Origin: the human T2T-CHM13v2.0 reference genome, Homo sapiens
Strand: one strand, 5' to 3'
Length of the DNA: 64,000 bases
Assembly (NCBI RefSeq): GCF_009914755.1
Contig: NC_060931.1
Shown here: positions 1 to 13,639 of the stretch, piece after piece
Layout of the letters: each line of letters begins with the position of its first letter
Position numbering within the stretch: position 1 is the first letter of the stretch
Translations under genes and position numbers: made by a program
The notes under the pieces: generated by a model
The model's database searches: none
What the model was told of the DNA's origin: nothing
The model's input: the letters and a program-made list of their open reading frames with translations, nothing else

Positions 1-190
1 AAGTGGTGAAATCTACAGAAGATGACTGAATTGTATCAATGTGTCAATTTTCCCATAGTGATATTGTACTATAATTTTGCAAGATATTATCAGCGGTGAA
101 AACTTGTTGAAGGGCACATGAGATCTCTCTATATTACTTAAAACTGCATATGATTCTGTAAGTATTTCAAAACAAGATGTTTAACTGAAA
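1..190 (+). mobile_element. Old L1M (L1MC/MD-like) 3' end fragment
   Basis: gtgatattgtactataattttgcaagatattatc...gagatctctctatattac...aactgcatatga resembles an L1MC/MD 3' UTR end. Confidence 0.65.
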
Positions 191-398
191 ATAGTAGAAC
201 AGCAGCTGTCACACTAACTACGTGAAAGATCCTGATATTATTTTGTGCAGCATTCTTTCATGGAAATCTTGCTAATGATACTAAAATTGTTCTAGGAAAT
301 ATAATAATTTTGTTTATTAGTAGTATGTGTTTTAAACAAACAAGGACAAAAGTTTTTAAAATAAGCTAAAGAACAGAACACAATATAGCTGCCACTTA

Positions 399-736
<338 letters not shown>

Positions 737-2479
737 CTAATACATGGCAGCTATCCATGATGATAGTACTCTTCCCCACATACTATGCCAAATGTTTTAT
801 TATAACATGATTAACCTACAGCAACCAGAATGTCTCATGAAAAATGAGCTCAAAGATGCAAAGTAATTATATAAGTTACATAATTATTTTCCTGTGGTCT
901 TCAAAGTAAGAACTTAGATATATAAGAGTTAGTATGTTTGTGATATACAATTATAATATAACTGTGGCACCTGAATCAGAAACTAGATCCATATGGCAAT
1001 AAATTCCACATTATTTTTTTTATACCACAAAGCCACTGCTGTGCATTTAGGATGGCAAAAGTGAAGCATAAAGGATGAAATACGAAATGTAAAAACCGCA
1101 AACATCAACTTTAATAATGACAATAATGCAGATGGCTTTTCCAATGCAATACATGGTAGGAGCCATAGAGATGTTCACATCTACTAATCCAGTAACCCAT
1201 TCATAGAGCTAGGTTAAAGCCCTACAGAAAGAAAAATGGAGAAAAGATTAAAGAGATCTTTTAAATATTAAAGTCCATTTTGTTGACTTTAGCATGCTGG
1301 AACAAACACAGTTTGCTTTCTCTATGCAACACAATCCAATCAGAAGGTCCCATGGGCTAACTTGAACAGAGAAAGTAATTTGTGAAAGTAATTTGAACTT
1401 GAGAGCAGATCCAGAGACTAGGAAGCCACCTGCCGGGACTAAGAAATGACATCACTAAAAAGGGCCCAATGGAAGACTAGCTGGACCTGCTCACTCCTGA
1501 GTGTTGGGGACACATCCACAGGGAGGTGACAGCCTTGAAACTCACTGCTAAGCCCCCTGAAGGGTACTAGCGAAAGCAGGTGGAGGGAGGTGTCCCCACA
1601 TGATAGTAATCTTCTGCGTAACCATCTAAGAGGATGCTGGGAAACTGACCAAGGGAAGAGACCACAGAGTACTTCAGAAAAAACACTGTGCTTCAGGCAC
1701 CTGACAAGACAAGGACATTGGAAAGTGACGAGTAGCCCTTTCATCCAGCAGCCTCCCTCTAAGCCCTCTACTGACACAGTTCAACATCAAACTCATGGCA
1801 AAGGAGAAATGCTCTAAAGGTCCAGCTCCATTATCAGAGCAGATAATAAAGGCAGGATGCAGAGCTGAAAGGCAATATACTGATAACTCCATTAACAAAA
1901 TATACTGCTTCCCACTCCAACAGTCAAGGTTTATTTACTCCATTGATCATTTCCAAACTGTGTCAACATCCTAGAAGTCTAGAGCAGTCATTTATTTCCC
2001 CGCCTCCTCTCATTTTCTACTCACTCTCTCCTAGTCATCCTCACGCTTGATGCAGTATCTGTACATACAACAGGCATTCCATAAGTGCCTGTGCAATTGA
2101 ATTAAAATACATTACAGCCTAAAGTGTTTCAAAGGCTCAGACCATTTCATACTTTAAAAAATACTTTTTACCTTAACACACGAGAATACAGAAAGCCCTG
2201 TGGGACATTGAGTTTTTAGGTATTTCCTAATATATTACAATTCCAGCCTGAGAGACAGGATAAAGTAAATTTGTTTATAAAATGCACTTTTGTACTTGTG
2301 TACATCAAAAGGGCTACTGCTCCATCTGTGCACCCTTTTTCAGCAAAGAACTGAAATAATTTGTAAAAGGACTAAAATGAAAAAATATCCCTACTATTTT
2401 TAATCCTAAATTTTTACTTTCAAAATACATTGTACAGACCCAAGGGAAATCCTCTGGGTCTCTGAGAATGCATAAAATG

Positions 2480-4330
2480 TATCTTATAAATTAAATCCAA
2501 AATACATCAAAGAATAATATAACACCTCTGTGACCTCCACCTAAAATTGCCAGTTGCTATCATTCAGTGCTTTGTCATGCAGTAAAACTAGAGAAGTTTT
2601 TAGGCCCTAGAGTCCTCTCTAATGCCCCCAACCCACTCCCACACCCCTTACCAGTAGTATATACTATTCTAGCTTTACCCTTATGGCTTAGCTGTGGTTG
2701 TTTTGTTTACTTTTATATGGCATGTATTTGCATCAATGAGCAATATGTAATATTGTGTGATGTGTTATTTTTAATTTTTTAGAAAGGTGTTCCAAAACAT
2801 GCTTATTATATCATTCAACACTATGTTTTCAAGGGCTTTCCATTTAGAAATACAAATCTAGTTCACTAGATTCATTTGATTTCTGTACAGAGCTAATGAA
2901 TGTGTCAAAATTATCTCATCTCCCAATAATAGATGTAAGGTGACTTACATGTTTTCATGATTTTTTAAAAAGCTGCAATTATCATTTATAGGCCTCCTTA
3001 TGGAAATATAAAACATTTTTTCAATAGTACATATAGTCATGATCACATAATGACATTTTAGTCAGCAACAGATTGCATATATGAAAGTAGACCCAAAAGA
3101 TTATAATGGAGCTGAAAAATTCCTATCACCCAGTGATGTCACAGCCATTGCAATGTCATGGCACATAATGTCATGTGCTACTTATGTGTTTGTGGTGATA
3201 CTGGTATAAACAAATCTACTGTGCTACCAGTCATATAAAAGTATAACACATTCAATTATGTACAGCACATAATACTTGATAATGACAATAAATGACCATG
3301 TTATTGGTTTATGTATTTACTATACTATATATTTATCATTAGAGTGTACTTTCTAGTTTTTTAAAAAGTTAAATGTAAAACAGCCTCAGGCAGGTCCTTT
3401 TAGCAGGTATTCCAGAAGGCATTGTTATCATAGCAGATGACAGCTCCATGAGTGCTACTGTCCCTGAAGACCTTCTAGTGGGATAGATGTGAGGTGGAAG
3501 AAAGTAATATTGGCAACCCTGACCCTATATAGACATGAGCTAATGGGTGCGTTTGTGTCTTAGTTATTAACAACAAAGTTTAAAACATAAAAAAATTAAA
3601 AATAGACAAAAGCTTATAGCATAAAGATGTAAAGAAAAAAATATTTTCTACAGCTTACAATGTGTTTGTTTTAAGCTGTGTTATTATGAAAGAGTTTTAA
3701 AAAATTTAAAGTTTATAGAGTAAAAATGTTACAGTAAGCTAAGGTTAATTTATTCCTGAAGAAAGGAAACTGTTTTAATAAATTTAGTACAGCCTAAGTG
3801 TACAGCGTTTAGAAAGTCTAATGTCATGTACAGTCATGTCCTAGGCCTTCACATTCATTCAGCAGTCATTCACTGACTTACCCAGAGCAACTTCCAGGAA
3901 AGTACTGTAAGCTCCATTCACAGTCAGTGCCCTAGACAGGTGTGCCATTTTTATCTTTTCTTCTGTATTTTTAGTGTACTTTTTCTCTATTTAGACATGT
4001 TTAGATAAACAAATACTTACCATTGTGTTACAATCACCTACAGTATTCAGTACAGTAACATGCCGTATAAGTTTGTAGCCTAGAAGCAACAGGACGGATA
4101 TATCATAATATGTTATGTAGTAGGATATACCATCTAGATTTGTGTAAGTACACTCTATGACATCTGCACAAAGACGAAATCACCTAATGATCCATTTCTC
4201 ATAACACATACACATTGTTAAGCAATGCATGGCTGTACCAAAATAATCACTGGGTCATAGGATATGCACACTATTCATATTTCTACATAATACCGAATTG
4301 CTATCCATAATGACTGTACCAGGTTATACC
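2480..4330 (-). mobile_element. Degraded L1M fragment, split by Tigger3b
   Basis: Antisense L1ME-like text on both sides of the Tigger (gctgcaattatcatttatagg...; gggtcataggatatgcac). Confidence 0.5.
3034..4235 (+). mobile_element. Tigger3b (MER7B/Golem), near full length TcMar-Tigger element
   Basis: TIR-like ends tagtcatg...catggctg flanked by TA (3032-33, 4236-37). Internal gattataatggagctgaaaaattcctatc. About 1.2 kb. Confidence 0.88.
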
Positions 4331-4869
4331 AAGTTAAGTTTTATATTTTGAGCAGCAAGCCAAATTAGACACATTGGCCTCTATTTGTATTAAAAGGGTA
4401 TGCACAGGACTTGATTTTGAATTTGAATAGGACTACTGTGGTAGAAGGCGATTAGTCTACCAGTAGAAGTGATGGCTGACTGTCAAATGCTCTGGATCAA
4501 AGGATATCAGCTGGAAAATAGACTCTGGATAGAGACTGGCCATCCTCTTAATTTCTTCTCCTATCTGTCCCCAGTAATCAATCCTTGGCAATTAATCTAT
4601 TCAAAACCTGTCCCCACTGTCCTAACTTATGACTGAAATGTGCAGAATTCTCTGAGATCACAGTCCTATTTTTAGCCAATGTACCTTTAGGTCTCTTGAC
4701 GAATGGTACTAATATTATTAGCTATTGGCATCACTCAATATAATATCCCTCCCAGCATATTTTACTTACTCATTCATTCATTCATAGGCACTTATTTAAT
4801 GGGCACTGACTGTAGCCATAAGTACAGTAAAAACCAGACATGGTTTCAACCCTCAAGCAGACCACAGAC

Positions 4870-5165
4870 TAGAACTATTGTATAACAATATGGTAGCCAC
4901 CAGCCATGTGTAGTATTGAGCATCTGAAATGCAGATCATACCAACTTAGATGTGCGGTAAGTGTAAAACAATAGATTTTGAAGACTTAGTACAAAAAGAA
5001 TATAAAATATATCATTAATAATTTTATATTAGTTATTTGCTAAAATGATAATATTCTGAATATGGTAGGTTAGAAAATAAGACAGTATGAATTTATCCTT
5101 TTACTTTTTTAACATGGCTACAGCAAGATTTAATTTTACGTATGTGGTTCACCTAATATTTTATA
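4870..5165. mobile_element. MER33 (hAT-Charlie)
   Basis: ggtagccaccagccatgtg...gtaagtgtaaaa...gaagacttagtacaaaaagaat. Confidence 0.75.
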
Positions 5166-7611
5166 AATGTAAAATATATTTCTGGTCAAGAAGATAGGAG
5201 AGACAAGTAGAATCATACAGTGAGATGATTCCTAAGGTGGGTAAGTACAAAGCTCTATAGGGGCATGCAGAAAGGACAAAGCCAATTCAGCTATAAGCAC
5301 GAAAGAAAGCAAACCACAGAAACTGAGACCGTAAGTAATCAAAATGGTAAGAAGTTTTATTATTACTTAAAAAGCTTGAGTTAACTAAGTGAGAAAAGAT
5401 GAAGGGAATGAAATTATTCCGGGCAGAGGCCCAGAGGCAAAAGAGAGCAAAAACTAGCTAGATTAGTCAAAACTAGGCTTGATTAGTTTGCTCTTGTAAC
5501 CTTGGGCGAATAATAACAATAATCATTGTTTCTGTATTATTTCTTCCCTTAAAAAAGCAACTTTAGACAACTGAACAAAAAACATCAAATAAGCAGAAAG
5601 TAATTTTTGACCATTTATCTACATAATACTGTCGTATATGATAAGAATCACCGAATCTAAAGGATAAGCAGCTTTAGAATAACACCCATTGTGCATGTAA
5701 ACTTACACCACAAAAGATGAAGCTGAGGAATTATTTTAACCTCCAGGGCTTTTGCACAGGTCTTGACTCAAATCTATGGAGAATAATAGAATCTTCACGT
5801 TTTAGCAGTTCAAAAATGCATTATGTTATAGCTAGCTTTTCTCTGTTTTAGAGGCCATAGGCTTTTTGTCTTTTTACTCTATGCTTTTTAAATTGTGAAA
5901 CAAAAAGAATGCAAAATTAAAATTTTGATTAACTCACCTGGTGAATGAAAGAGTAAGTTATATAAAGATAAGAATGCCTTTTATTTATATACTCTATTCC
6001 TATCTCAAACATCAAGCATCACTGAAAAACACTCATAAATAAAATCAAGAAAAAAGTGGAAAAGGGGATGTATTGAGGTTTGTTGTTAGATAACTGTTTT
6101 TAACAAGACTTAAAAAACAATTTCAACAGCTGGAAATTACATTTGGCTCATGTTAAAGAAATGTTGCTGCTGCTGCTTGCAAATATGATGAATGGAGAAC
6201 ATCTTGCAAATATATTGGATAAAAATAAATATTTCATTATGCTAAATGGGTTTTATTGTTCTGTTTGTAAATTTGAAACAACTGTAAGCACTGCATGGCA
6301 GCACATGCTGTTGGTCATTTTTACTGAATTGCAGGTAGTGACTTTTGTTTTGTTTTTTCTTTCCCATCCCAACTCTTTTTTTGCCTGTAGTGCCTTTGAA
6401 AATAACTTTTGGTATTTGATGATAGAAACTAAAATAGTTATCTCCTCCCCCATTGAAGTACAGAACTATGCACTTTTAAAAATTATATCTTTGATCTTTG
6501 AAATGTAAAAAGCAATGCTAAGTTGGTAACACTAAGTAGAATTCAATAATAAAAGGAAATCAGTGATTCCAGAAAAATGGCAGGCAAGTAAAACCTAGGC
6601 CTATTATTTTTAAAAGATGCATCCAAGCTTGCCTTAATAATTCATAAAATATACAACCTCATAAATGCACAAAGAAGTACAACATAGCCCAGAGAAATAA
6701 ACTGAGATGGAAATATTGATCTCCACAATATTTTTAATAAATGCAATACCAAGTTATGCCCTCCAAGCAAATAATCCTCACAGCACACTCATGCCCTACT
6801 TGTTCATAGTTACCTCATCTGGGAATTCAAACCATAGACAGTGAAATCTAGTCCTCGAGGAAAACAACAATGGGAAGAAATATCACCAGACAATGAAAGG
6901 AAGGAAGGAAGAAGTCAAGAAACCAAATCTTAAACGTTACTCTGAAGAAGGCTTTGTTAGCTGGAACACATTTACTGAAAGATGTAAAGGAAAGAAAAAC
7001 CTTGTTTTAAGACAGTGTTGAGAAGAAACCTGCCCTTACTACAACCCAAAACAACAGAAGAATTTCTAAAAAGAAATGGAATTCCCATCTTAAATAAAGC
7101 TAGGCAAAAATCTATCATACCACTCACAATGTATATGAAAGAATAGTGAAACCCAAGCAAGGGTGAGGGAAGATGGCAGAGGAGGGCTCTGCCACAGACT
7201 CACTCAAACTCCATGTGGGAAACACTGTTATTGAGGTGGGTGGAAAACAGTGATCTGTGAACAGACTGTGGCTTCCAGGGCACTGGCAGTAAGCAGTCAA
7301 GGTTAAATACTCTCTAATATACACTCCTGTGCCATAAAGGAAGAAATGCTGCTCTCTCTTCTCTTCCAGCCCCAACATAAACCTGTTTCAGATCAGAGGT
7401 CCAGGGGGAATTCAATTCATTCAAAGATTCAGAGAGAGGAACTGGCATAGGACCTAGAATAGACAAAGATATTAAAGGAGAGAGAGGGAAGGAGGGGAAA
7501 AAAATAGAGGTAGGGAAGAAAGGGGGGGATGGGATGGAGGGTTAAGTGATAGGAAAAACAAGAAAAACAGCTAAGAAAATGTCACCAGAAAAAAATGTTT
7601 CCACCAAGTAA

Positions 7612-7926
<315 letters not shown>

Positions 7927-10059
7927 TAAAAGAGCTCTTGAAAGATATGGCAAAACCACAGAATGAGATGACTTAGGAACTTGCAGAGCTCATTAAAAAA
8001 AATTAAATCTACACAAGAAGCTGCTCAAAGTGAAAAAAGCATCACTGAAAAATCCATTAAGGGGCATGAAAGACACAATGAATAAATGAGCAAAAGGAAA
8101 TGGAAATTAACAACGAATTAGAAAGAAGATTAATAAAAATTACATGTGTCTAACTGCTTTCCCAAGAAGAACACGGAACAAATTAAAGACAAATTTTCCA
8201 GAACTAGCAGAAGACTTAAACTTATACACTGAGAGGGCACACACATGTCAGGACACACCAATACAGAATGATAACACTGAATTGGGTATAACTAAACTTG
8301 CTGGTACTTAAAGAAAAAAGCCCAAAAGTATTTTTAGTGGAAAAAAAAATCAAGCCAACCTCAGACTTCTCCATAGAAACATTCAATATACTTAAACAAT
8401 TAAAAGATCCCTGTAAAGTACTCAGGAAATGAAAGTGTAACCAAACTGCTGTTTAATTTTAAACAAAACAAACCCCCGAAAAGTTTAAAGGAAAAAAATG
8501 CTTATTTTTAAACATTTTAAAGCCCACAAAATTTCATTTATATAGCTAAAAAAAAAAAACTACAGAAGAAAAACTTCAATATATAAAAAAATTACTTGGA
8601 AATGCTATGACTGGCTGGCTGTCACTCCAAAGCCTTGTAGCAGCCACCTCTGCCTCAAGGTCCTCCTACTTTTCCCACGGTGTCCCCTCCCTCCCTCACC
8701 CTCATATATTACCATGGTCCTTCTTCCTTTCAACAAGACTTTGCTCAAGCAGCAGCTTTTCCTTCAAATCTTTTCTGATTCCACTTTTCTGGGCTTGTGT
8801 CCCTTCTGCATTTCTAATAAACTGACCAACTTATATGCTATAAATATTATCCCTAAACTAACAGAACTCTAAAATATTGAAAATGGGCAAAGGCTTGCCT
8901 TTTAATTAAAAACTAAAAGAAACCACGGGTCATACATCACTAGTGGAAGAAGCTTATTTTCCTTTCTCAATTCAGGAAGATAAACGACAAATAAAAAATA
9001 ACTAGTGAGCTATAATTAAGTGAAGTATATCAAATGATGTGATATAAAAACAGATCTTTTCCACTGTCTATTGAAAATTTACAAAAATAGATCTTTTTCA
9101 TTGTCTATTGAAATATACCCAGGCCACAAAGAAAACTAGACAAAAGGTCCAAATAGCAAAAAATAAGCCAGAGAATATTCTGTGGTCATAATGCAATAAA
9201 ACTATGAATTAATTATAAACTAGAAATAACAAAAAAACCCTAAGAGCTAGAAATTTCCTTAAGTCAAAAGCAAAAGATGGGGTTGAAGAGTTAAATGAAC
9301 TGATTATTTGGGGAAGGAAAAAGACAATGCTATGTTAACCTAATTAGGAACATGAAAAGGAATCATTTAAAAGATACAGTGCTGAACAGAACAAATAAAA
9401 CTGAAACAACTGAAGAAAAAAATAATCTGACTGTAGCATCCCAGTTCTTGGCCTAGGTCTAACAAGAGAAGCCAAGAATTTGCCCACTCTTAACATTTTA
9501 GGGCTATTGTCTGAAGGAAACAATTAAGTCCAGCGGGAATTAAGACAGCTACTGAATGTACTGGTACTCCTGGGACTGAGAGGATCCACCAGCTTCCTCC
9601 GCTACTCTCCTCCACATTTAAATGAAAACCGTCACAGATTGGGAGACCACATTTGTAATACATATGTAGCAAAATGCTTGTAACTTAAATATATAAGCAA
9701 TGGCTACAAATCATCAATAAAACCACCACCAACATAATAAAAATTAAGCAAATGGTTTGAACTGATGACACTTCACAAAAGAAAATACACAAATAGCTAA
9801 ACAAGCACATGAAAAGGAAATGAAAATTGAATCAAAACCATAATGATGCTATTTCACATCCACTAGAATGTCTAAAAATTAAGACAACGAAAATCAGATA
9901 TTGAGAGGGTGTGAAGCTGCTGAAACTTCACTCATTGCTGGTAGAATTGTAAAACAGTTCAACCACTTGGAACACCTGCTGGCAGGTCGTAATGTTAAAT
10001 ATACAATTACTCTATGGTATTTACCCCAAATAAAGAAAAACATACATTGACAAAAAAAG

Positions 10060-10755
10060 ATTTTTCCAGCTTTATTGAAATGTGATCAACATACAAAAAT
10101 TATATATGTTTAAGGTGTTGTATTAATCAGGATTCTCTAGAGGGACAGAAATAGTAGGATAAATATATATTATATATTATATTAACATGCATATATTATA
10201 CATATTATATATTATATGCATATTATATAATATATATGGATTATATCTATATATATAAATTACATATATATATATATATATATATATGGGATTTTATTAA
10301 CTCACATGATCAAAAGGTCCCACAATAGGCAGTCGGCAAGCTGAGGAGCAAGGAAGCCAGTCCGAGTGCCAAAACTGAAGAACTTGGAGTCCAATGTTCA
10401 AGGGCATGCAGCATGGGAGAAAGATGTAGTCTGGAAGTCTAGACCAGTCTAGTCTTTTCACATTTTTCTGCCTGCTTTATGTTCTAGCCACAATGGCAGC
10501 TGATTAGATGGTGCCCACCCAGATTAAGGGTGGGTCTACCTTTCCCAGCCCACTGACGCAAATGTTAATCTCCTTTGGCAACAGTCTCACAGACACATCC
10601 AGGATCAATACTTTGCTTCTTTCAATCCAATCAAGTTGACACTCAGTATTAACCATCACGGGTGTACAGCATGATGTTTTGATATAAATATACATTGTGA
10701 AATGATTACCACAATCAAGCTAATTAACGTATCATCTCACATAGTTACCTTTTTT
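10060..10755 (-). mobile_element. L1MA-type 3' end fragment, split by MLT2A
   Basis: gctttattgaaatgtgatcaacatacaaaaattatatatgtttaaggtgt|acagcatgatgttttgat...catagttacc. Confidence 0.75.
10119..10660 (-). mobile_element. MLT2A (HERVL) solo LTR with internal (TA)n expansion
   Basis: The reverse complement starts (c)gtgatggttaatactgagtgtcaacttgattggattga. Perfect 5-bp TSD ggtgt (10114-18, 10661-65). Confidence 0.9.
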
Positions 10756-10892
10756 TCTCCCAATAAGATTTGTACAAGGATTTTACAGCAGCTTTACTGA
10801 TAAAGGCAAAAACTGAAAACACCAAATACACCCCATTAACAGAAAAATAGATAAAAAGTGTAGTTTATTCAGTTAATGGCTACTATATGGAA

Positions 10893-11427
10893 AGGGACAG
10901 TTTAACAATTTGTCCCCACCCAAATCTCATGTCAAATTGTAATCCCCAATGTTGAAGGTGAGGCCTGGTGGGAGGTGTTTGGGCCATCGGGACAGATCCC
11001 TCATGGCTTGCTGCTGTCCTGGAGACAGTGAGTGAGTTGTCTCAAGATCTGGTTGTTGTAAAGAGTAGCAGCTTCCCTCCCACTCTCTTTCTTGCTCGTA
11101 CTCCTATCATGTGAGATGCCTGCTCCCCTTTTGCCTTCCACCATAATTTTAAGCTTCCTGAGGTCTCAGAAGTAGATGCTAGGATTATGCTTCCTGTACA
11201 GCCTACAGAAGTGTGAGCCAATTAAAACTCTTATGAATTACCCAGTCTCAGGTTTTTTGTTTGTTTGTTTGTTTTTTTTGAGACAGACTCTCACTCTGTC
11301 ACCCAGGCTGGAGTGCAGTGGAGTGATTTCGGCTCCCTGCAACCTCCGCCTCCAGGGTTCAAGTGATTCTCCTGCCTGAGCCTCCCAAGTAGCTGGGATT
11401 ACAGGTGTGTGCCACCACACCCAGCTA

Positions 11428-11497
<70 letters not shown>

Positions 11498-13639
11498 TTT
11501 TTAGTAGAGACAGGGTTTTGCCATGTTGGCCAGGCTGGTCTCAAACTCCTGACCTCAGATGATCCTCCCGCCTTGACCTCCCGGCCAGGTATTTCGTTAT
11601 AGCAATGCAAGAATGGCCTAATACAGAAAATTGGTACCAAGGAGTGGCGCACTGCTATAAAGATACCTGAAAATGAGGAGGTGGCTTTGCAACTGAGTAA
11701 CAGGCAGACATTGGAAGAGTTTTGGAGGGCTAGAAGACAGGAAGATGAGGGAAGGTTTGCAACTTCTTGAAGACTGGTTAAATCGTCTGACCAAAATGCT
11801 GTTAGGGATATGGATAGTGAAGTCTAGGCTGGTGAGGTCTCGGATAGAAATCAGGAACTTATTGGGAACTGGAGCAAAGGTCACCCATATTATGCCTTAG
11901 CAGAGAACTTGGCTGCAGTGTGCCCTGCCATAGGAATCTGTGGAAGTTTGAACTTCAGAGTGATAATTTAGAGTATCTGGTGCATAAAATTTCTAAGCAG
12001 CAAAGCAACCAAGATGTGCCCTGACTGCTTCAAACAACCTATGCTCAGATGTAAAGCAAACAAATGTCTTAAAGTTGAAATTTATATCTAAACGAAAGCA
12101 GAACATAAAAGTTTGAAAAATGTACAGCCCAGTCATGTGGCAGAGAATGAAAAAGCCTCTCTTCGGAGAGAAATTCAAGCAGGCTGTGGAGCAAACACTT
12201 GGTAGAGAGATTTGCACAACTAAAAGGGAGCCAAGTGCTATTAAAATATCCAAAACAACAGGGAAAAGGCCTGCAAGGAATTTTAGAGACTTCACAGCAG
12301 CCCCTCCTGTCACAGCCCAGAGGCCTAGGAGGGAAGAATGGTTTCTTGGGCCAGGCCCAGGCCCAGATGTCCTGCACAGCCTCAGGACACTGCTCCCTGC
12401 ATCCTGGATGCTCTAGCTCCAGCCTTGGCTCAAAGGGCCCCAAATATAGCTCAGACTGCTGCTTCAAATGGTGTAAGCCATAAGCCTTCACAGCTTCCAC
12501 ATGGTGTTAAGCCTACAGGCATGCAGAGTGTAAGACTGAAGAATGCTTGGCAGCCTCTACCTACATTTCAAAGCCTGGCTGCCCAGGCAGAAGCCTGCTG
12601 CAGGGCTGGAGCCCTCACAGAGAACCTCTACTAGGGCAGGGTGGAGGTGAAATGTGGGGTTGGGGTCTCCACACATTGTCGCCACTAGAGCACTGCCTAG
12701 TGGAGCTATGGGAAGGGGGCCACCATCCTCCAGATCCCAGAATGGTAGATCCACCAGAGGTTGCATCCTGCACCTGGAAAAGCTGCAGGCACTCAGCAGC
12801 CTATAAGCAGCTATAGGGGTTCCACCCTGCAAAGCCACAGGGGTGGAGCTGCCCAGGGCCTTGGGATCCCACTTCTTACACTAGTATTCCCCAGATGCAG
12901 AACCTGAAATCAAGGACTATTTTGGCGTTTTAAGATTTAATGACTGCCCTGCTGGTTTCTGAGCTTCCATGGGGTCTGTAGTCCCTTTCTTTTGGCTGAT
13001 CTCTCCCTTTCAGAACAGGAATATTAACCCAATTCCTATACTCCCATTGTATCTTAGGAGTAAATAACTTGTTTTTGATGTTACAGGCTCATAGGTGGAA
13101 GGATCTTGCTTTGTCTCACATGAGATTTTGGACTTTTGAATTACTGCAGGAATAAGTGAGACTTTGGAAGACTGTTAGAAAGATATGAATTGTATTTTCC
13201 AATGCAAGGAAGACATAAAATTTGGGAGTCCAGGGGTAGAATGATATAGTTTGGATATTTGTCCCCACTCAAATCTCATGTTGAAATGTAATCCCCAATG
13301 CTGGAGATGGGACCTGGTGGGAAGTGTTTGGGTTATGGGGGTGCATCCCTCATGGCTTGGTGCTGTCCTTGAGAGAGTGAGTCCGTTCGCTGAAGATCTG
13401 GTTGTTGTGAAATGTGGCACCTCCCCCCAAATCTCTCTCTTGCTCCTGCTCTTGCCGTGTGAGACACTTGCTCCCTCTTCGATTTCTGCCATGATTATAA
13501 GCTTCCTGAGGCCTCCCCAGAATCAGATGCCAGCACTATGCTTCCTGTACAGTCTGCAGAACCATGAGCCAATTAAACCTCTTTTCTTTTAGTCAGTCTC
13601 AGGTATTTCCTTATAGCCAAGCAAGAACAGCCTAATACA
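10893..13639 (+). mobile_element. Complete MST-type MaLR provirus: LTR 10893-11625, internal 11626-13241, LTR 13242-13639
   Basis: Both LTRs end in cctaataca. The internal region starts gaaaattggtacc and ends in a purine tract. Flanks tggaa/tggca form a degenerate TSD. Confidence 0.9.
11253..11586 (-). mobile_element. AluS in the 5' MST LTR; linker expanded to (TA)n; ~35-bp deletion near the Alu 5' end
   Basis: Alu arms flank (TA)n at ~11435-11488. Confidence 0.9.

Noticed and set aside
6143-6508. 121-aa hydrophobic ORF
   Set aside because: It starts at TTG, its composition reflects T-rich DNA, and I recognise no homology.
11618-13592. Cluster of overlapping 88-143 aa ORFs
   Set aside because: All lie in the GC-richer MST internal region or LTR, where stop codons are rarer.
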